From a virus: a DNA stretch of 64,000 nt. The notes under the pieces were generated by a model, which did no database searches, was not told the DNA's origin, and was given only the letters and a program-made list of their open reading frames with translations. Below, one piece after another: positions 30,888 through 40,482 of this stretch (positions are counted from its first letter, which is position 1; the number at the start of each line of letters is the position of its first letter). The DNA is taken from positions 16,876-80,875 of IMG/VR virus record IMGVR_UViG_3300044961_000421. One strand, written 5' to 3'. Both the position numbers and the translations under genes were made by a program.

Positions 30888-32312
30888 TTATTTACTGGAT
30901 CTTATCACATTTAATGCTAATTCAATTGCTTGTTTTTTTGAAAGTGATGGGTTTTCGATTGCTTTTTCTAATATTCGTTTCTTAATTTTTCCAATAAGTG
31001 GTCCTTTAGCACCAAGAGAAGCAATTTCGTTGCCGTCCAATATGGATTTTGTATTCAAAATTGAATTAATATCCATTTTTTCTATTCTTTTACGAATTTT
31101 ATCTATCTGTTTTGGCATCGAATGTGCATCAGCGTGGGATATATTATCAGCATGGATTAATTTAAGTGCTGGTTCGAGCATATCGGAAACACGATAAATG
31201 AATTTTCTCAATGATTTATCAGAAATTTGGTCTCCTTCAGGACCAGCAGATTTTAAATCCATGTGGTAATTTATTAATTTTTGTACCTTTTCAATATCAC
31301 TATTGGAATATTTTAGTCTCTTCATGATTTCAGCAGCAATTTTTGAACCTACAGAGGCGTGACCAATAAATTGAATTTTTCCATCTTTTTCAGTTCTCGT
31401 TATTGATTTCCCGATATCGTGAAAAAGTGCTGATAACCTGAGTATTAATTCTGTAGGTACTGCATCCAAAACATTTAATGTATGCTTGAAAGCATCATGC
31501 TTATGAAATTTGTTTTGTTGTAGTTTATGTAATTTCTCCAATTCAGGAATCGTATATTTAAGAATTCCTGTAATTCTAAACATACGAATCGCTTTTGATG
31601 GTTTTTCTAAAACCAATATTTTATTCAATTCATCCTGTATTCTCTCCGAAGAAATGTTTTTCAATTTTTCTGCATTCTTTTTTATTGATCGGATTACAGA
31701 AAGTGGTAAATCAAAATTGTATTTAAAAGCAAATCGGATTGCTCTCAGTATACGCAGAGGATCTTCGCTAAAAATCCAATCCGGATTCCCTGTTGTTTGA
31801 ATTACTTTTTTATTTAAATCCTTTATAGATCTTCCTGTTAAATCGAAAATTTCACCGGTCGTTAGGTTTTTAAAAAGAGCATTAATCGTAAAATCTCTTC
31901 TGAAAGCATCATCTTCAATCGTACCAACAGAAACGATTGGTTTCCTAGAACCCTGTTCATATTTTTCTTTTCTTGGAGCGACAAATTCAACGTCAATATC
32001 ACCAGATTCTAATTTTAATGTCAATTTTGCCGTTCTGAATCTAGGAAAAATTACAGGATTTGAATCCTTTTTATAAATACCAAGTTTTTTTGCTATGAAT
32101 GTAGCAACCTTAATACCACCTTCGATCCCGTGCCCATCTACAACTAAATCGACATCCTTACTCCTTAATCCGAGAAGATTATCTCGAACATATCCACCAG
32201 CAATAAATACTTTATTATCATATTTACTACCTCGAATTACAGAGGCAATTAGCTTGATTGCCTCTTCCGCCTTTATTGATTCTAATAAAAAATATTCTTT
32301 TATGTTTAACAT
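30888..32312 (-). CDS. cca: CCA-adding tRNA nucleotidyltransferase with HD domain
   Basis: GGYVRD, DVDL, DAFRRDFTINAL, EDPLRILRAIRF, SERIQDE, LFHDIGK. Confidence 0.88.
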   Translation of the reverse strand: MLNIKEYFLLESIKAEEAIKLIASVIRGSKYDNKVFIAGGYVRDNLLGLRSKDVDLVVDGHGIEGGIKVATFIAKKLGIYKKDSNPVIFPRFRTAKLTLKLESGDIDVEFVAPRKEKYEQGSRKPIVSVGTIEDDAFRRDFTINALFKNLTTGEIFDLTGRSIKDLNKKVIQTTGNPDWIFSEDPLRILRAIRFAFKYNFDLPLSVIRSIKKNAEKLKNISSERIQDELNKILVLEKPSKAIRMFRITGILKYTIPELEKLHKLQQNKFHKHDAFKHTLNVLDAVPTELILRLSALFHDIGKSITRTEKDGKIQFIGHASVGSKIAAEIMKRLKYSNSDIEKVQKLINYHMDLKSAGPEGDQISDKSLRKFIYRVSDMLEPALKLIHADNISHADAHSMPKQIDKIRKRIEKMDINSILNTKSILDGNEIASLGAKGPLIGKIKKRILEKAIENPSLSKKQAIELALNVIRSSK

Positions 32313-32322
32313 AAAATGAGCA

Positions 32323-32913
32323 TCAATCTTTTAATTTGTGAAATTGGAAAAGAAATTCTTCTTTTGCCTTTTTGTGATCCCAAGCACATTTTCCCATATC
32401 TTCCCAAACTTCTTCCGCTAATTCTATGGCAGATTCGGGTACATTTTTTAATGTTTCGATCACCCATGGTCGAGTTGGGCCAGAAAAGAATTCGCGGGCT
32501 TCAAAAGCAAGTGCCGTTACATCTGCTATTTTCACTTCTTCTGTGAATTCATCTTGGGAAAAAACATGAAATTTTTTATAGATTACGTTGACTAAAAAAT
32601 TTCTCGCAATTCTACGATATGGAAGCATTTCATCCATATATTTTAATGGTGATGGAATATCACAAAGATATGCCTCATCAGCATCATGGAGTAATCCATG
32701 TCTTTGAATGTCTTTGGCACATTTACGCAGCATTTTTGATACCATAACTGAATGTTGTGCCACAGAATAAAAGTCACTGATATGCCCGTTAAAACGACAA
32801 ATCTTTGATAAGGCATTTGCAATATCTTCGATATCAATTTCATCAAGTTCTGGATCAAAAATGTTTACTTTTTTTCCTGTTGCTGTTCCGATTACACCTG
32901 TTTTGTAAGTCAT
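32323..32913 (-). CDS. HD-domain 5'-deoxynucleotidase (YfbR-like)
   Basis: DIANALSKICRFNGH, YSVAQHS, LLHDADEAYLCDIPSPLK. Confidence 0.85.
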   Translation of the reverse strand: MTYKTGVIGTATGKKVNIFDPELDEIDIEDIANALSKICRFNGHISDFYSVAQHSVMVSKMLRKCAKDIQRHGLLHDADEAYLCDIPSPLKYMDEMLPYRRIARNFLVNVIYKKFHVFSQDEFTEEVKIADVTALAFEAREFFSGPTRPWVIETLKNVPESAIELAEEVWEDMGKCAWDHKKAKEEFLFQFHKLKD

Positions 32914-32915
32914 AT

Positions 32916-35465
32916 CTATTCCTTTATAAAAAATTCACTCATATCAACAACCCTCTCCATTTTCCAACCAATTGCTTTCACAATAATCCTGAGAGGGTCC
33001 AAAAAAGATTTTTCAAATTGTGTTTCAAAATCAATCATTGTTTTATCAATACCAAACTCTTTCGGTATATAATCTACAAACGAAATCACTTTATCTTGAA
33101 ATGCGTTTGGTTCTCGCATTGCCAAAAATTTGATTTTTTCTCCTTCTTGTATTGATGGTATAGTTTTTTCCAATCCGTATAATTTGATCAAATAATTAAA
33201 ATTAATCGCGCCACGAACATGATAAGGAGCACCTTTTTTCGCTTTTCCTTGCTCATCCGTATATTTATCAATCCCATTTACTCCTCTCGGAAAAGCAATA
33301 TCTTCAGGATCTAGGGTATAAAATTCTTTTTCGAATGATTCTATTAGATCCAATAAAGCATCATTATCTTTAGTCAAAATGATGGAAATTGCTTCTTTAA
33401 TCTTTTCTCTGCAAGATTTTGGAGTAGAAGCTTTAATTGCTTCTATTCCCATCATTTTTAATTTTGGTTTTTCATATCTAATACCTTCCGAATCATAAAC
33501 ATTCATCATATATCGCTTTTTCGCTGTCCAAATGCTTTTATCCGCCAGCACATCACGAATCATTTTTATCAAATCTCCCATTCCGTTCAACATATTGAAT
33601 GAAATGTTTGAGCAAATCTCATCAATTTTTGGTTGTAATTCTTTTTTACAAATCTCATCCAAAAAATTGATAATCTTGATAGTATCGTCTGTATTTTTGA
33701 ATAACAAATCTACAATCGTTTCCATACGAATATAAACAGAATCAGTATCGCAATAAATCACATACTCAAAATCCTTTGTTTTAAAAATTTTATTCAAAAA
33801 AGCATTTAATTCTCTTTCTATAATTTGGATAATAAACTGACCTGTAATTGTTACTGCTTCCGCATTATCTATATCATAGAACCGAAAATAATTTGATCCT
33901 ACAGCACCGTACAACGAATTCATCGAAACCTTAACAGCTTTTTGTTTCAAATCATACTTAGAAACATCATTCTTAAGCGTTTCTTTTTCTTTTTTATCAT
34001 GACAGTGTTCCAATTTATCTTTCGCTTCTTTGGCTAGTTTTTTATATTTCAGCCGATCATTAAACATCGTTTCGATTGCCTTACTATAAAACGATATTCG
34101 GTCTCTATCATAAAAAACACCATTTAATGAAAGAGTTTGATTATTTTTCTTTGCTTTACCCAATTCTTTTAACCAATTTGAATTACCAGAAAGAGCGTCA
34201 TGGATCGTAAATGAATTGGTTTTTTCTACTTTCGTCTCAACACCTATATTCAAAACACGGATGATCGAAGGATAGAGTGAAGTAACGTCAAAAGAAACTA
34301 CCCATTTATAAAGACCAGGTTTTGGTTCCTTGACATATGCTCCAACATATGCATCATTCTTTTCGTGTTCTTTTTTAAATGGGATGACAATTTTTTCTTT
34401 TCGCAAAGAATTATATAATTTGACATCCCAAGTTCTTACTTGGCTTTCAACATCTTCATAATTTACTTTTGACTCATAAGCAACGTTTATGGTCAATTCA
34501 ATTAATTTCATTTTTTTCTCTAGTCGTTCAACGAGTTCGACGTCCTTAATATTATACTCGACAAACGAATCAAAATCTGTATTATACAAATTTTGGAGAG
34601 ATCCTATGTATTTCCGTTTTCCTTCTCCAAGTTCAACTTGGGATACATAATCCAACTTATATGATTCTCTCGGATCTTTTACATATTTTTTGTAAATATT
34701 AATATAATCGAGAATTGCGATACCAGCAATTTCGTATGTTTCCTTTTCCTTACCAAACCAATCTTCTGTTTTTTTCGAAATCATCTTGAATGGGCTGATA
34801 CGTTTTGCTTGTTGTTCTCCAAAAAGATTTTTTAATCTATTGATCAAGTATGGAATATCAAAAAAACTAATACTCCATCCAGTAATAACATCAGGATCGC
34901 TTTTATACCACATCGAGAGAAAATGGGATAACATATCTCTTTCGTTTTCGAAACGGAAGAAAATTACATCTCTCTCAGGGAATTTCTTTCTCCAGCCCAC
35001 CTCATCAAATCCATCTTTGAAATAGAAAAAATTATAATGGTTATCCGTAAAATTCTTTGTCGTTATAGTGATGATTTCATTTTCCGCTTTTTCTACAACC
35101 GGAAATCCATTTTCTGAGTCAACTTCAATATCAAAATTCAGAATCTTGATTTTGGATAAATCGAATTCAATATCATTCGGATAATTATCCGAAATATATT
35201 GATATTGCCACATGGTTTGTCCAAATAGTTCAAAGTTACTCACCTCAGAATAATTTCGAACAAACTCTCTTGCTTCTTTAATTGTCGAAAATGGTATCCT
35301 TTCAACAAAACGACCATCGAGCGTTTTCATTGAGGTTGGAGTTTTTGATATAATATAAAGAGACGGAGAAAATTGTTCTTTTAACAATTTCTTATTTCCG
35401 TGTTCATCTATCTCTTTACAATAGATAGTATTTCCGGCTAAAAAGACGTTTGTGTAATAGTTCAT
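32916..35465 (-). CDS. 43: family B DNA polymerase (gp43)
   Basis: FDIEV, SFDVTSLYPSII, K...NSLYG, YCDTDS, KKRY. Confidence 0.97.
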   Translation of the reverse strand: MNYYTNVFLAGNTIYCKEIDEHGNKKLLKEQFSPSLYIISKTPTSMKTLDGRFVERIPFSTIKEAREFVRNYSEVSNFELFGQTMWQYQYISDNYPNDIEFDLSKIKILNFDIEVDSENGFPVVEKAENEIITITTKNFTDNHYNFFYFKDGFDEVGWRKKFPERDVIFFRFENERDMLSHFLSMWYKSDPDVITGWSISFFDIPYLINRLKNLFGEQQAKRISPFKMISKKTEDWFGKEKETYEIAGIAILDYINIYKKYVKDPRESYKLDYVSQVELGEGKRKYIGSLQNLYNTDFDSFVEYNIKDVELVERLEKKMKLIELTINVAYESKVNYEDVESQVRTWDVKLYNSLRKEKIVIPFKKEHEKNDAYVGAYVKEPKPGLYKWVVSFDVTSLYPSIIRVLNIGVETKVEKTNSFTIHDALSGNSNWLKELGKAKKNNQTLSLNGVFYDRDRISFYSKAIETMFNDRLKYKKLAKEAKDKLEHCHDKKEKETLKNDVSKYDLKQKAVKVSMNSLYGAVGSNYFRFYDIDNAEAVTITGQFIIQIIERELNAFLNKIFKTKDFEYVIYCDTDSVYIRMETIVDLLFKNTDDTIKIINFLDEICKKELQPKIDEICSNISFNMLNGMGDLIKMIRDVLADKSIWTAKKRYMMNVYDSEGIRYEKPKLKMMGIEAIKASTPKSCREKIKEAISIILTKDNDALLDLIESFEKEFYTLDPEDIAFPRGVNGIDKYTDEQGKAKKGAPYHVRGAINFNYLIKLYGLEKTIPSIQEGEKIKFLAMREPNAFQDKVISFVDYIPKEFGIDKTMIDFETQFEKSFLDPLRIIVKAIGWKMERVVDMSEFFIKE

Positions 35466-35495
35466 AATTCTTATTTAATTATATCAAATTACAAA

Positions 35496-35537
35496 AGAAA
35501 AAGCAAGTATGAAAATTAATCCATACTTGCTTTTTCT
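35496..35537. terminator. intrinsic terminator hairpin
   Basis: AGAAAAAGCAAGTATG-loop-CATACTTGCTTTTTCT after the PEP-CTERM gene. Confidence 0.65.
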
Positions 35538-35554
35538 GAAAAAATACATTTATT

Positions 35555-36280
35555 TTACTTAATCGTTTTCTTTTTAAAAATACCTATAGCAATCAGAGAA
35601 GAAGTGAATAGAAAATAACTAGATGGTTCTGGGACAGCCTCATGAATAACACCAAAATCATCTAGACCAAATCCATCATTTCTTTGAAGATTTTCAAATC
35701 TAACTTCCCGAATCGGGTTATCCGATTTAATTCCAACAAAATGAATAGCACCGTTTGAAAGAACTGTATTAGAAATTGTCGCATTTTGGATATTGTTTTG
35801 CGAATCTCTTACAGTCAAGAATAAAGAATTTGCTAATCCAACATCTTCAGCATCCGTAATAAAGAAAAATAAAGTATTTGTTTGTGGCCCCACATTCAAA
35901 AAAAACTTTGTAATATCATTTGAATCCAACCAATTAGATCCATTTTGTGTCGTATTGAAACGACCGCTGAACGGAGACAGGCTATCATTCAGAATGAGTA
36001 ATTCGTTTAATCCTGTTCCAGAGTTTCCTGGTGCTGAACCTTGTCCAGTTGGATCAATATTAAAAACACCAATATTTGTAAATAAAGAAGCATACTTTGT
36101 CGCGGGTAGATTTTCAAAATTTTCCAGTATTGTCCAAAAAGACGAATCTAACCAAATGTTTCTTTCTGCTTGGGCGCCGGACAAAGTATATTGAGGGCTC
36201 GAAACAAAAATTGTCAATGGTGAAGCGTGAGTCACCATACAAATAAAAAATACCAACAAAACGCTCCTTAAAAGCGACAT
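35555..36280 (-). CDS. secreted PEP-CTERM sorting-domain protein
   Basis: signal peptide; C-terminal VPEPSS + hydrophobic helix + KKK. Confidence 0.88.
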   Translation of the reverse strand: MSLLRSVLLVFFICMVTHASPLTIFVSSPQYTLSGAQAERNIWLDSSFWTILENFENLPATKYASLFTNIGVFNIDPTGQGSAPGNSGTGLNELLILNDSLSPFSGRFNTTQNGSNWLDSNDITKFFLNVGPQTNTLFFFITDAEDVGLANSLFLTVRDSQNNIQNATISNTVLSNGAIHFVGIKSDNPIREVRFENLQRNDGFGLDDFGVIHEAVPEPSSYFLFTSSLIAIGIFKKKTIK

Positions 36281-36301
36281 AAATTTAATCTCCTTCCTAT
36301 A

Positions 36302-36808
36302 TTACTCTTTTATTATAACACACTTATCATACAAAGTCAACAATTTTTCAAGAGGTTGTAAAATATATCCTTGTAATTCCAATGAAATTGGGATTTGCCA
36401 TTCTTTCCTCTCGAATGGTTTTTCGTGAATGTGACCGAACAAAGATATATCATAATATCCTTGTTCTTGAGGAGGTTTATGAATAAAACGAATCCTTTTA
36501 TTCATATAATGAAATGAAAAATCATCACAACAGAAATCCCACCCATTATTCATATACCAATTACAACTTTTCTTATCATGATTCCCGCGAACAAGAATCT
36601 TTTTTCCTGGTAATTGTTGGATTATATTTTTATGGATTATTGTTGTATCGGATCTATAAGAAACATCACCTAGATGGATAATCACATCACCATCATTTCT
36701 TTTTTTCCAATCCTCAATAATCAATTCTTCAAAATTATCAGGACGGTTACAAAGTTTTTTGATATTTTCGTGTCCAAAGTGTGTATCAGTTATGATGAAG
36801 TAAGCCAT
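36302..36808 (-). CDS. calcineurin-like metallophosphoesterase
   Basis: DTHFGH, HLGDV, GNHD, GHIH; start at MAYF. Confidence 0.85.
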   Translation of the reverse strand: MAYFIITDTHFGHENIKKLCNRPDNFEELIIEDWKKRNDGDVIIHLGDVSYRSDTTIIHKNIIQQLPGKKILVRGNHDKKSCNWYMNNGWDFCCDDFSFHYMNKRIRFIHKPPQEQGYYDISLFGHIHEKPFERKEWQIPISLELQGYILQPLEKLLTLYDKCVIIKE

Positions 36809-37230
36809 AATTTGATTTCTTCTTCTCGCCGTGCAACAAGACCGGGAAGAATTTTTCCTCCTGACCTGCGCCATTTTCTAAATTCATCAGGAATCAAATC
36901 AAATTTCTTCTCATTCAAATATTTCAAAAGTGATGAATTTTGAAAATTACCTATTCCTATATTATAAACCAACGAAATAATAGCATCTTGTTGATTTTGA
37001 CTAAGTTCAACTTTAATCAATTTCTCTATAATTCTGATTTTTTCCTTTATCTTATTTAATAATAATTTTTCCGCCTCTTCTTCTGTGATACCATCTTTAT
37101 ATTTTATTGCTTCTTGTGGTGTTAAACGATACCCATATCCTATCGCAGGATGTCCTTGATCATTATAGATTTTAGGAACAAAACCTTCCGCACGCTTTAT
37201 AAATTCAAGACCTTTTTTACTTATATCCAT
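36790..37230 (-). CDS. GH24 phage lysozyme
   Basis: EG...Y.D....IGYG, QQDAIISLVYNIG, GLVARREEE. Confidence 0.92.
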   Translation of the reverse strand: MDISKKGLEFIKRAEGFVPKIYNDQGHPAIGYGYRLTPQEAIKYKDGITEEEAEKLLLNKIKEKIRIIEKLIKVELSQNQQDAIISLVYNIGIGNFQNSSLLKYLNEKKFDLIPDEFRKWRRSGGKILPGLVARREEEIKLWLTSS

Positions 37231-37268
37231 AAAAATTTATTAAATAGGAGATTAGAGAAAATCTATAA

Positions 37269-37333
37269 TTCGGAGACCTCCACTATTTCGTGGTAAAGAT
37301 GGCAGAGTTCATCAGGCTCTCCGACCTCTCTGC
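37269..37333. ncRNA. unclassified structured RNA (three-way junction + pseudoknot)
   Basis: GC-rich intergenic island with four mutually compatible helices. Confidence 0.5.
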
Positions 37334-37340
37334 TTATTTT

Positions 37341-37796
37341 TTATTCAATTGGAATCAACTTCGGTTTTTGTTCTTCAGGAACAATATTCGAAAGTTCAAT
37401 TCTTAACACACCATTATCATATTTTACTGATTTTACTTCAACAGTATTAAGCAACTTCCATGACATAAGGAAACTACGTTTTGCAATTCCTTTGTGGAAA
37501 TATATTGGATATTTTTCATTAACTAGATTTTTGTTTTCTAGGTTTTTGTTTTCTTTATGTTTAGAATATACCTCTAGGCGGTTGTTCTTCCTATCAACAA
37601 CTACCTCAATATCATTTTTTGAAAAGCCTGCTAAAGCCATTTCAATGACATAATTATATTCATCTATGGCATAATAATCATATGGTGGGAATGATGGGAT
37701 TGTGCGTTCTGGATCAATATCTTCCAAAAATCTATCAACACCAATCATATCAAAGATTGATTTTGGAAACAATTTTTTTGTATCTGTTAATAACAT
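37341..37796 (-). CDS. small heat-shock protein Hsp20
   Basis: FPPYD, IEMALAGF, HKGIAKRSF, NGVLRIEL, PEEQKPKLIPI. Confidence 0.92.
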   Translation of the reverse strand: MLLTDTKKLFPKSIFDMIGVDRFLEDIDPERTIPSFPPYDYYAIDEYNYVIEMALAGFSKNDIEVVVDRKNNRLEVYSKHKENKNLENKNLVNEKYPIYFHKGIAKRSFLMSWKLLNTVEVKSVKYDNGVLRIELSNIVPEEQKPKLIPIE

Positions 37797-37862
37797 TTTT
37801 TCTCTCCTTTTAAGCAAGAAATTTTATTGTGAGCCCATCAGGCACTCACAATATTATTTATA
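37797..37862 (-). promoter_or_regulatory. late promoter plus ROSE-like 5' UTR of hsp20
   Basis: TATAAATA, ATTGTGAG/CTCACAAT hairpin, TCTTGCT-TAAA-AGGAGA. Confidence 0.6.
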
Positions 37863-37869
37863 CCAGAAA

Positions 37870-38373
37870 TTACTTTCCGGTAGAACCTAAACCCGAAATC
37901 CTATTAGTTTTGTTTGCCGGATTATAAAATACTTCCTCAAAGCAAACTTTTTCATGCTTTTCAATTGATGCTTGAGCTATTCTGTTTCCATGTTGAACTA
38001 TCATCATTTCTTCTGAAAGATTAAATAGCATTACTAATGTTTGCTCCGGATAGTCGTCATCAACAATTCCGACAGCGTTTCCAAGAATTACTCCATTTTT
38101 ATATGGAATTCCCGAACGATTGTAAATCTTTAAGCAATATCCTTCAGGAATTCCAAAAATTACACCAGTAGGAACCAACACTCTGATACCTGGTGGAATT
38201 GATATTTCTTCATCTTCAACTAGAATATGGTATTGTTTATTTTTTGAATCCATTCCTTTTATTCTGTTTCCATTTGTTAAACAAGCATAAAGATCAAAGC
38301 AAGCAGAACCTAATGTGGCATATGTTGGTGTGATCGCTCTTGTATCACATTTTTGTATTTTTATTTCTATCAT
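37870..38373 (-). CDS. dut: dUTPase (trimeric type)
   Basis: GSACFDL, VPTG, RSG, GIVDDDY, RIAQ, RISGLGSTG. Confidence 0.92.
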   Translation of the reverse strand: MIEIKIQKCDTRAITPTYATLGSACFDLYACLTNGNRIKGMDSKNKQYHILVEDEEISIPPGIRVLVPTGVIFGIPEGYCLKIYNRSGIPYKNGVILGNAVGIVDDDYPEQTLVMLFNLSEEMMIVQHGNRIAQASIEKHEKVCFEEVFYNPANKTNRISGLGSTGK

Positions 38374-38393
38374 TTTTCTCCTCTAATATATAT

Positions 38394-39089
38394 TCATCGC
38401 CCCGACCTTTTAATATTAAAATACAACAAACTACCATTCACAGCATATCCAAAAACTCTATCATACCATTTTGGTTTTGTAATCCGATTTATATTATTCG
38501 TAATACCCTCAACATTTTTTGCTATTTTTGGAAATTCTTCTTGGAATGTCGTTGAAGACGATACAATATTTGTTGTTATTTCATTCATATTTTTCGTTAT
38601 TTGGTCCGAATTGTAAGCAACATCACGGGTAGCTGTCCGTAACGAAAACAATGTATCTGTGAGTTGGTTTTGAATACAGAGAGCATTATTTTCACAATCA
38701 AGAAAATCCTTCATGCTCGAATCCAATGTATTTGGAATTTTTGCATATGCCGTCACCGTTTCTGTAGCAGCATCACGAATGGGAAGAAAATCTGTTCGAA
38801 TAGTATCTATTCTCGCAAACGTTTCTGTTCTCGTATCTTCTATCAAACGTACAGAATTTTTTTCCAATGATAAGATTCGTGTATTTAATGTTTTGCGTGT
38901 TGAAGAGATTTCCGAAATAATGTTTTTAAAATGATTATTCATATCATTTCGGATTTCGATTGTTTGTTTTTCTGTGAATTTTTCTAAATTTCTTGTTGTA
39001 ATAACCAATTGGATAAAAAAAGCAGAAATTGCTAAAAATAGAATTGTTTTAGAGATTATGAGTAAATGTTTCATATGATTGATTTCCAA
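38394..39089 (-). CDS. membrane-anchored helical protein
   Basis: N-terminal TM helix and long amphipathic helices. Confidence 0.6.
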   Translation of the reverse strand: MEINHMKHLLIISKTILFLAISAFFIQLVITTRNLEKFTEKQTIEIRNDMNNHFKNIISEISSTRKTLNTRILSLEKNSVRLIEDTRTETFARIDTIRTDFLPIRDAATETVTAYAKIPNTLDSSMKDFLDCENNALCIQNQLTDTLFSLRTATRDVAYNSDQITKNMNEITTNIVSSSTTFQEEFPKIAKNVEGITNNINRITKPKWYDRVFGYAVNGSLLYFNIKRSGR

Positions 39090-39456
39090 TTATTTCTATC
39101 AATCTATTTCTATTTACTGGATTAAAAAAACCAGAAGAAACAATTCTTTTTCGAGAAAATACAGTAATGAAAGGAGCTTTTCTTATACTATATTTCATTG
39201 CTAATTTTGGCTCCTTATCTATGTCTACTACCGCAAGATCAACAAGATTTGGATTAAATGGGAGCGTCTTTAAAAAATCATACGCTGTTATACAAGCTTC
39301 ATGTGTCGGAATTACCCACAAAATGATTACCTGTTTTTTTAAATGTTCTGATTCTAAATAAGAATTAAAATCTTTTTCCGTTAAATTTCGCATAATAAAG
39401 ATATTTATTTTAACAACCATGTTACGGTTCCGGTAATTCCGGAAGCAAAAAACCAA
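39049..39456 (-). CDS. thioredoxin-fold protein lacking CxxC
   Basis: VDIDKEPKLAMKYSIRKAP pattern; start probably MRNLT. Confidence 0.5.
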   Translation of the reverse strand: MVFCFRNYRNRNMVVKINIFIMRNLTEKDFNSYLESEHLKKQVIILWVIPTHEACITAYDFLKTLPFNPNLVDLAVVDIDKEPKLAMKYSIRKAPFITVFSRKRIVSSGFFNPVNRNRLIEIIGNQSYETFTHNL

Positions 39457-39590
39457 TATGTTGCTTTTCTATATTCTCCATAATACATATAAACAACACA
39501 AGCAAGAACACAAGAACAGAACTGAATAATTGGAAAAAAATCAATCAAACCTTCTCTAAAATTGATAGAAAGTCCTTCCATATTTTTCAT
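39405..39590 (-). CDS. small membrane protein
   Basis: two hydrophobic segments; N-terminus is a copy of part of the malectin gene. Confidence 0.5.
   Translation of the reverse strand: MKNMEGLSINFREGLIDFFPIIQFCSCVLACVVYMYYGEYRKATYWFFASGITGTVTWLLK
39549..39589. repeat. 41-bp exact direct repeat, copy 1
   Basis: identical to 52699..52739. Confidence 0.9.
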
Positions 39591-39928
39591 GTTATAACCC
39601 TCTTCTCATATTCTATATATCTTTCATCAAATCTTTTAATAGTTTTTGGAATTTCCGTAATACCATCATGAATTTCACTATGACAATTATTACATACGCA
39701 AATACATTTTTTCAACTCCTCAACGATGTATAACCAGTTTTTCGGATTACGTCTTATAGACGCTATAGAAAATTCCTTTTCTGTTGGATCTAAGTGGTGG
39801 AATGATAAAGCATGGTTGGATTTGTTATAACCACATATACCGCATTCACCACCGAAAGCCTCAACCATCCTATCTTTTGTTTTACTTCTCCATTTTTTTA
39901 CTGCTTCCGACCGTTTTGACATTAACAT
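39587..39928 (-). CDS. HNH endonuclease
   Basis: GGECGICGY, FHHLDP, KCICVCNNCHSEIH. Confidence 0.88.
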   Translation of the reverse strand: MLMSKRSEAVKKWRSKTKDRMVEAFGGECGICGYNKSNHALSFHHLDPTEKEFSIASIRRNPKNWLYIVEELKKCICVCNNCHSEIHDGITEIPKTIKRFDERYIEYEKRVIT

Positions 39929-39959
39929 ACCTCGTTAACATTTATACGAGATAAAACTT

Positions 39960-40034
39960 TGGCTCCTCCCCCAGGACTCGAACCTGGATCTCTTTCATTA
40001 ACAGTGAAATGCCTTACCATTAGGCCAGATAGGA
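39960..40034 (-). tRNA. tRNA-Asn(GTT)
   Basis: cloverleaf, loop CTGTTAA, CCA end. Confidence 0.9.
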
Positions 40035-40051
40035 ACACGATTCTCTTATTT

Positions 40052-40128
40052 TGGAGCGAGTAAAGGGATTCGAACCCTTTCCTTTTGGGTGGAAGCCAAA
40101 TATGCTATCCATTAAACACTATACTCGC
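40052..40128 (-). tRNA. tRNA-Gly(TCC)
   Basis: loop CTTCCAC, TCCA end. Confidence 0.92.
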
Positions 40129-40166
40129 CCTCTATAATACAATTATAACACAATATTTGATCTCTG

Positions 40167-40415
40167 TCAATCCAAAATAAAATGTTCTAAAGGATCCTTT
40201 TTTAATACTTCCCAATCTTCGGATAAAATATCTGTTTGTGATGCTACCCAAGGTACTAAATCATTTTCAACGGTTTTCATATAAATATATGGGAGAGTCA
40301 TTTTTGATGTATTAGTTGGTCGCTGAAGACAGATCCACATATTTTTTCCATTCCATCCTGATCTGAAAACTTTTCTTCCTAATCTTAATAATCTTAATGC
40401 TTTTTCGAAATTCAT
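40167..40415 (-). CDS. DUF2829 / Tad2-like protein
   Basis: MNFEKAL..G.KVFRSGWNGKNMW...VPWVASQTDILSEDW. Confidence 0.85.
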   Translation of the reverse strand: MNFEKALRLLRLGRKVFRSGWNGKNMWICLQRPTNTSKMTLPYIYMKTVENDLVPWVASQTDILSEDWEVLKKDPLEHFILD

Positions 40416-40482
40416 TTCTCTTTTCTCCAGGGCAAACAAGTTACCTTTTATTTATCGCCCACATTTTTAATTTTCCATTGAT

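Noticed and set aside
15473-35465. Introns or inteins in nrdJ, gp41, uvsX or gp43
   Set aside because: All are of normal length with contiguous motifs.
37269-37333. Hammerhead ribozyme (CUGAUGA...CGAAA on the minus strand) or fluoride riboswitch
   Set aside because: No stem II between the core motifs and stem III is not formed; the 5' GGxGAUG fluoride motif is absent. Kept as an unclassified RNA.
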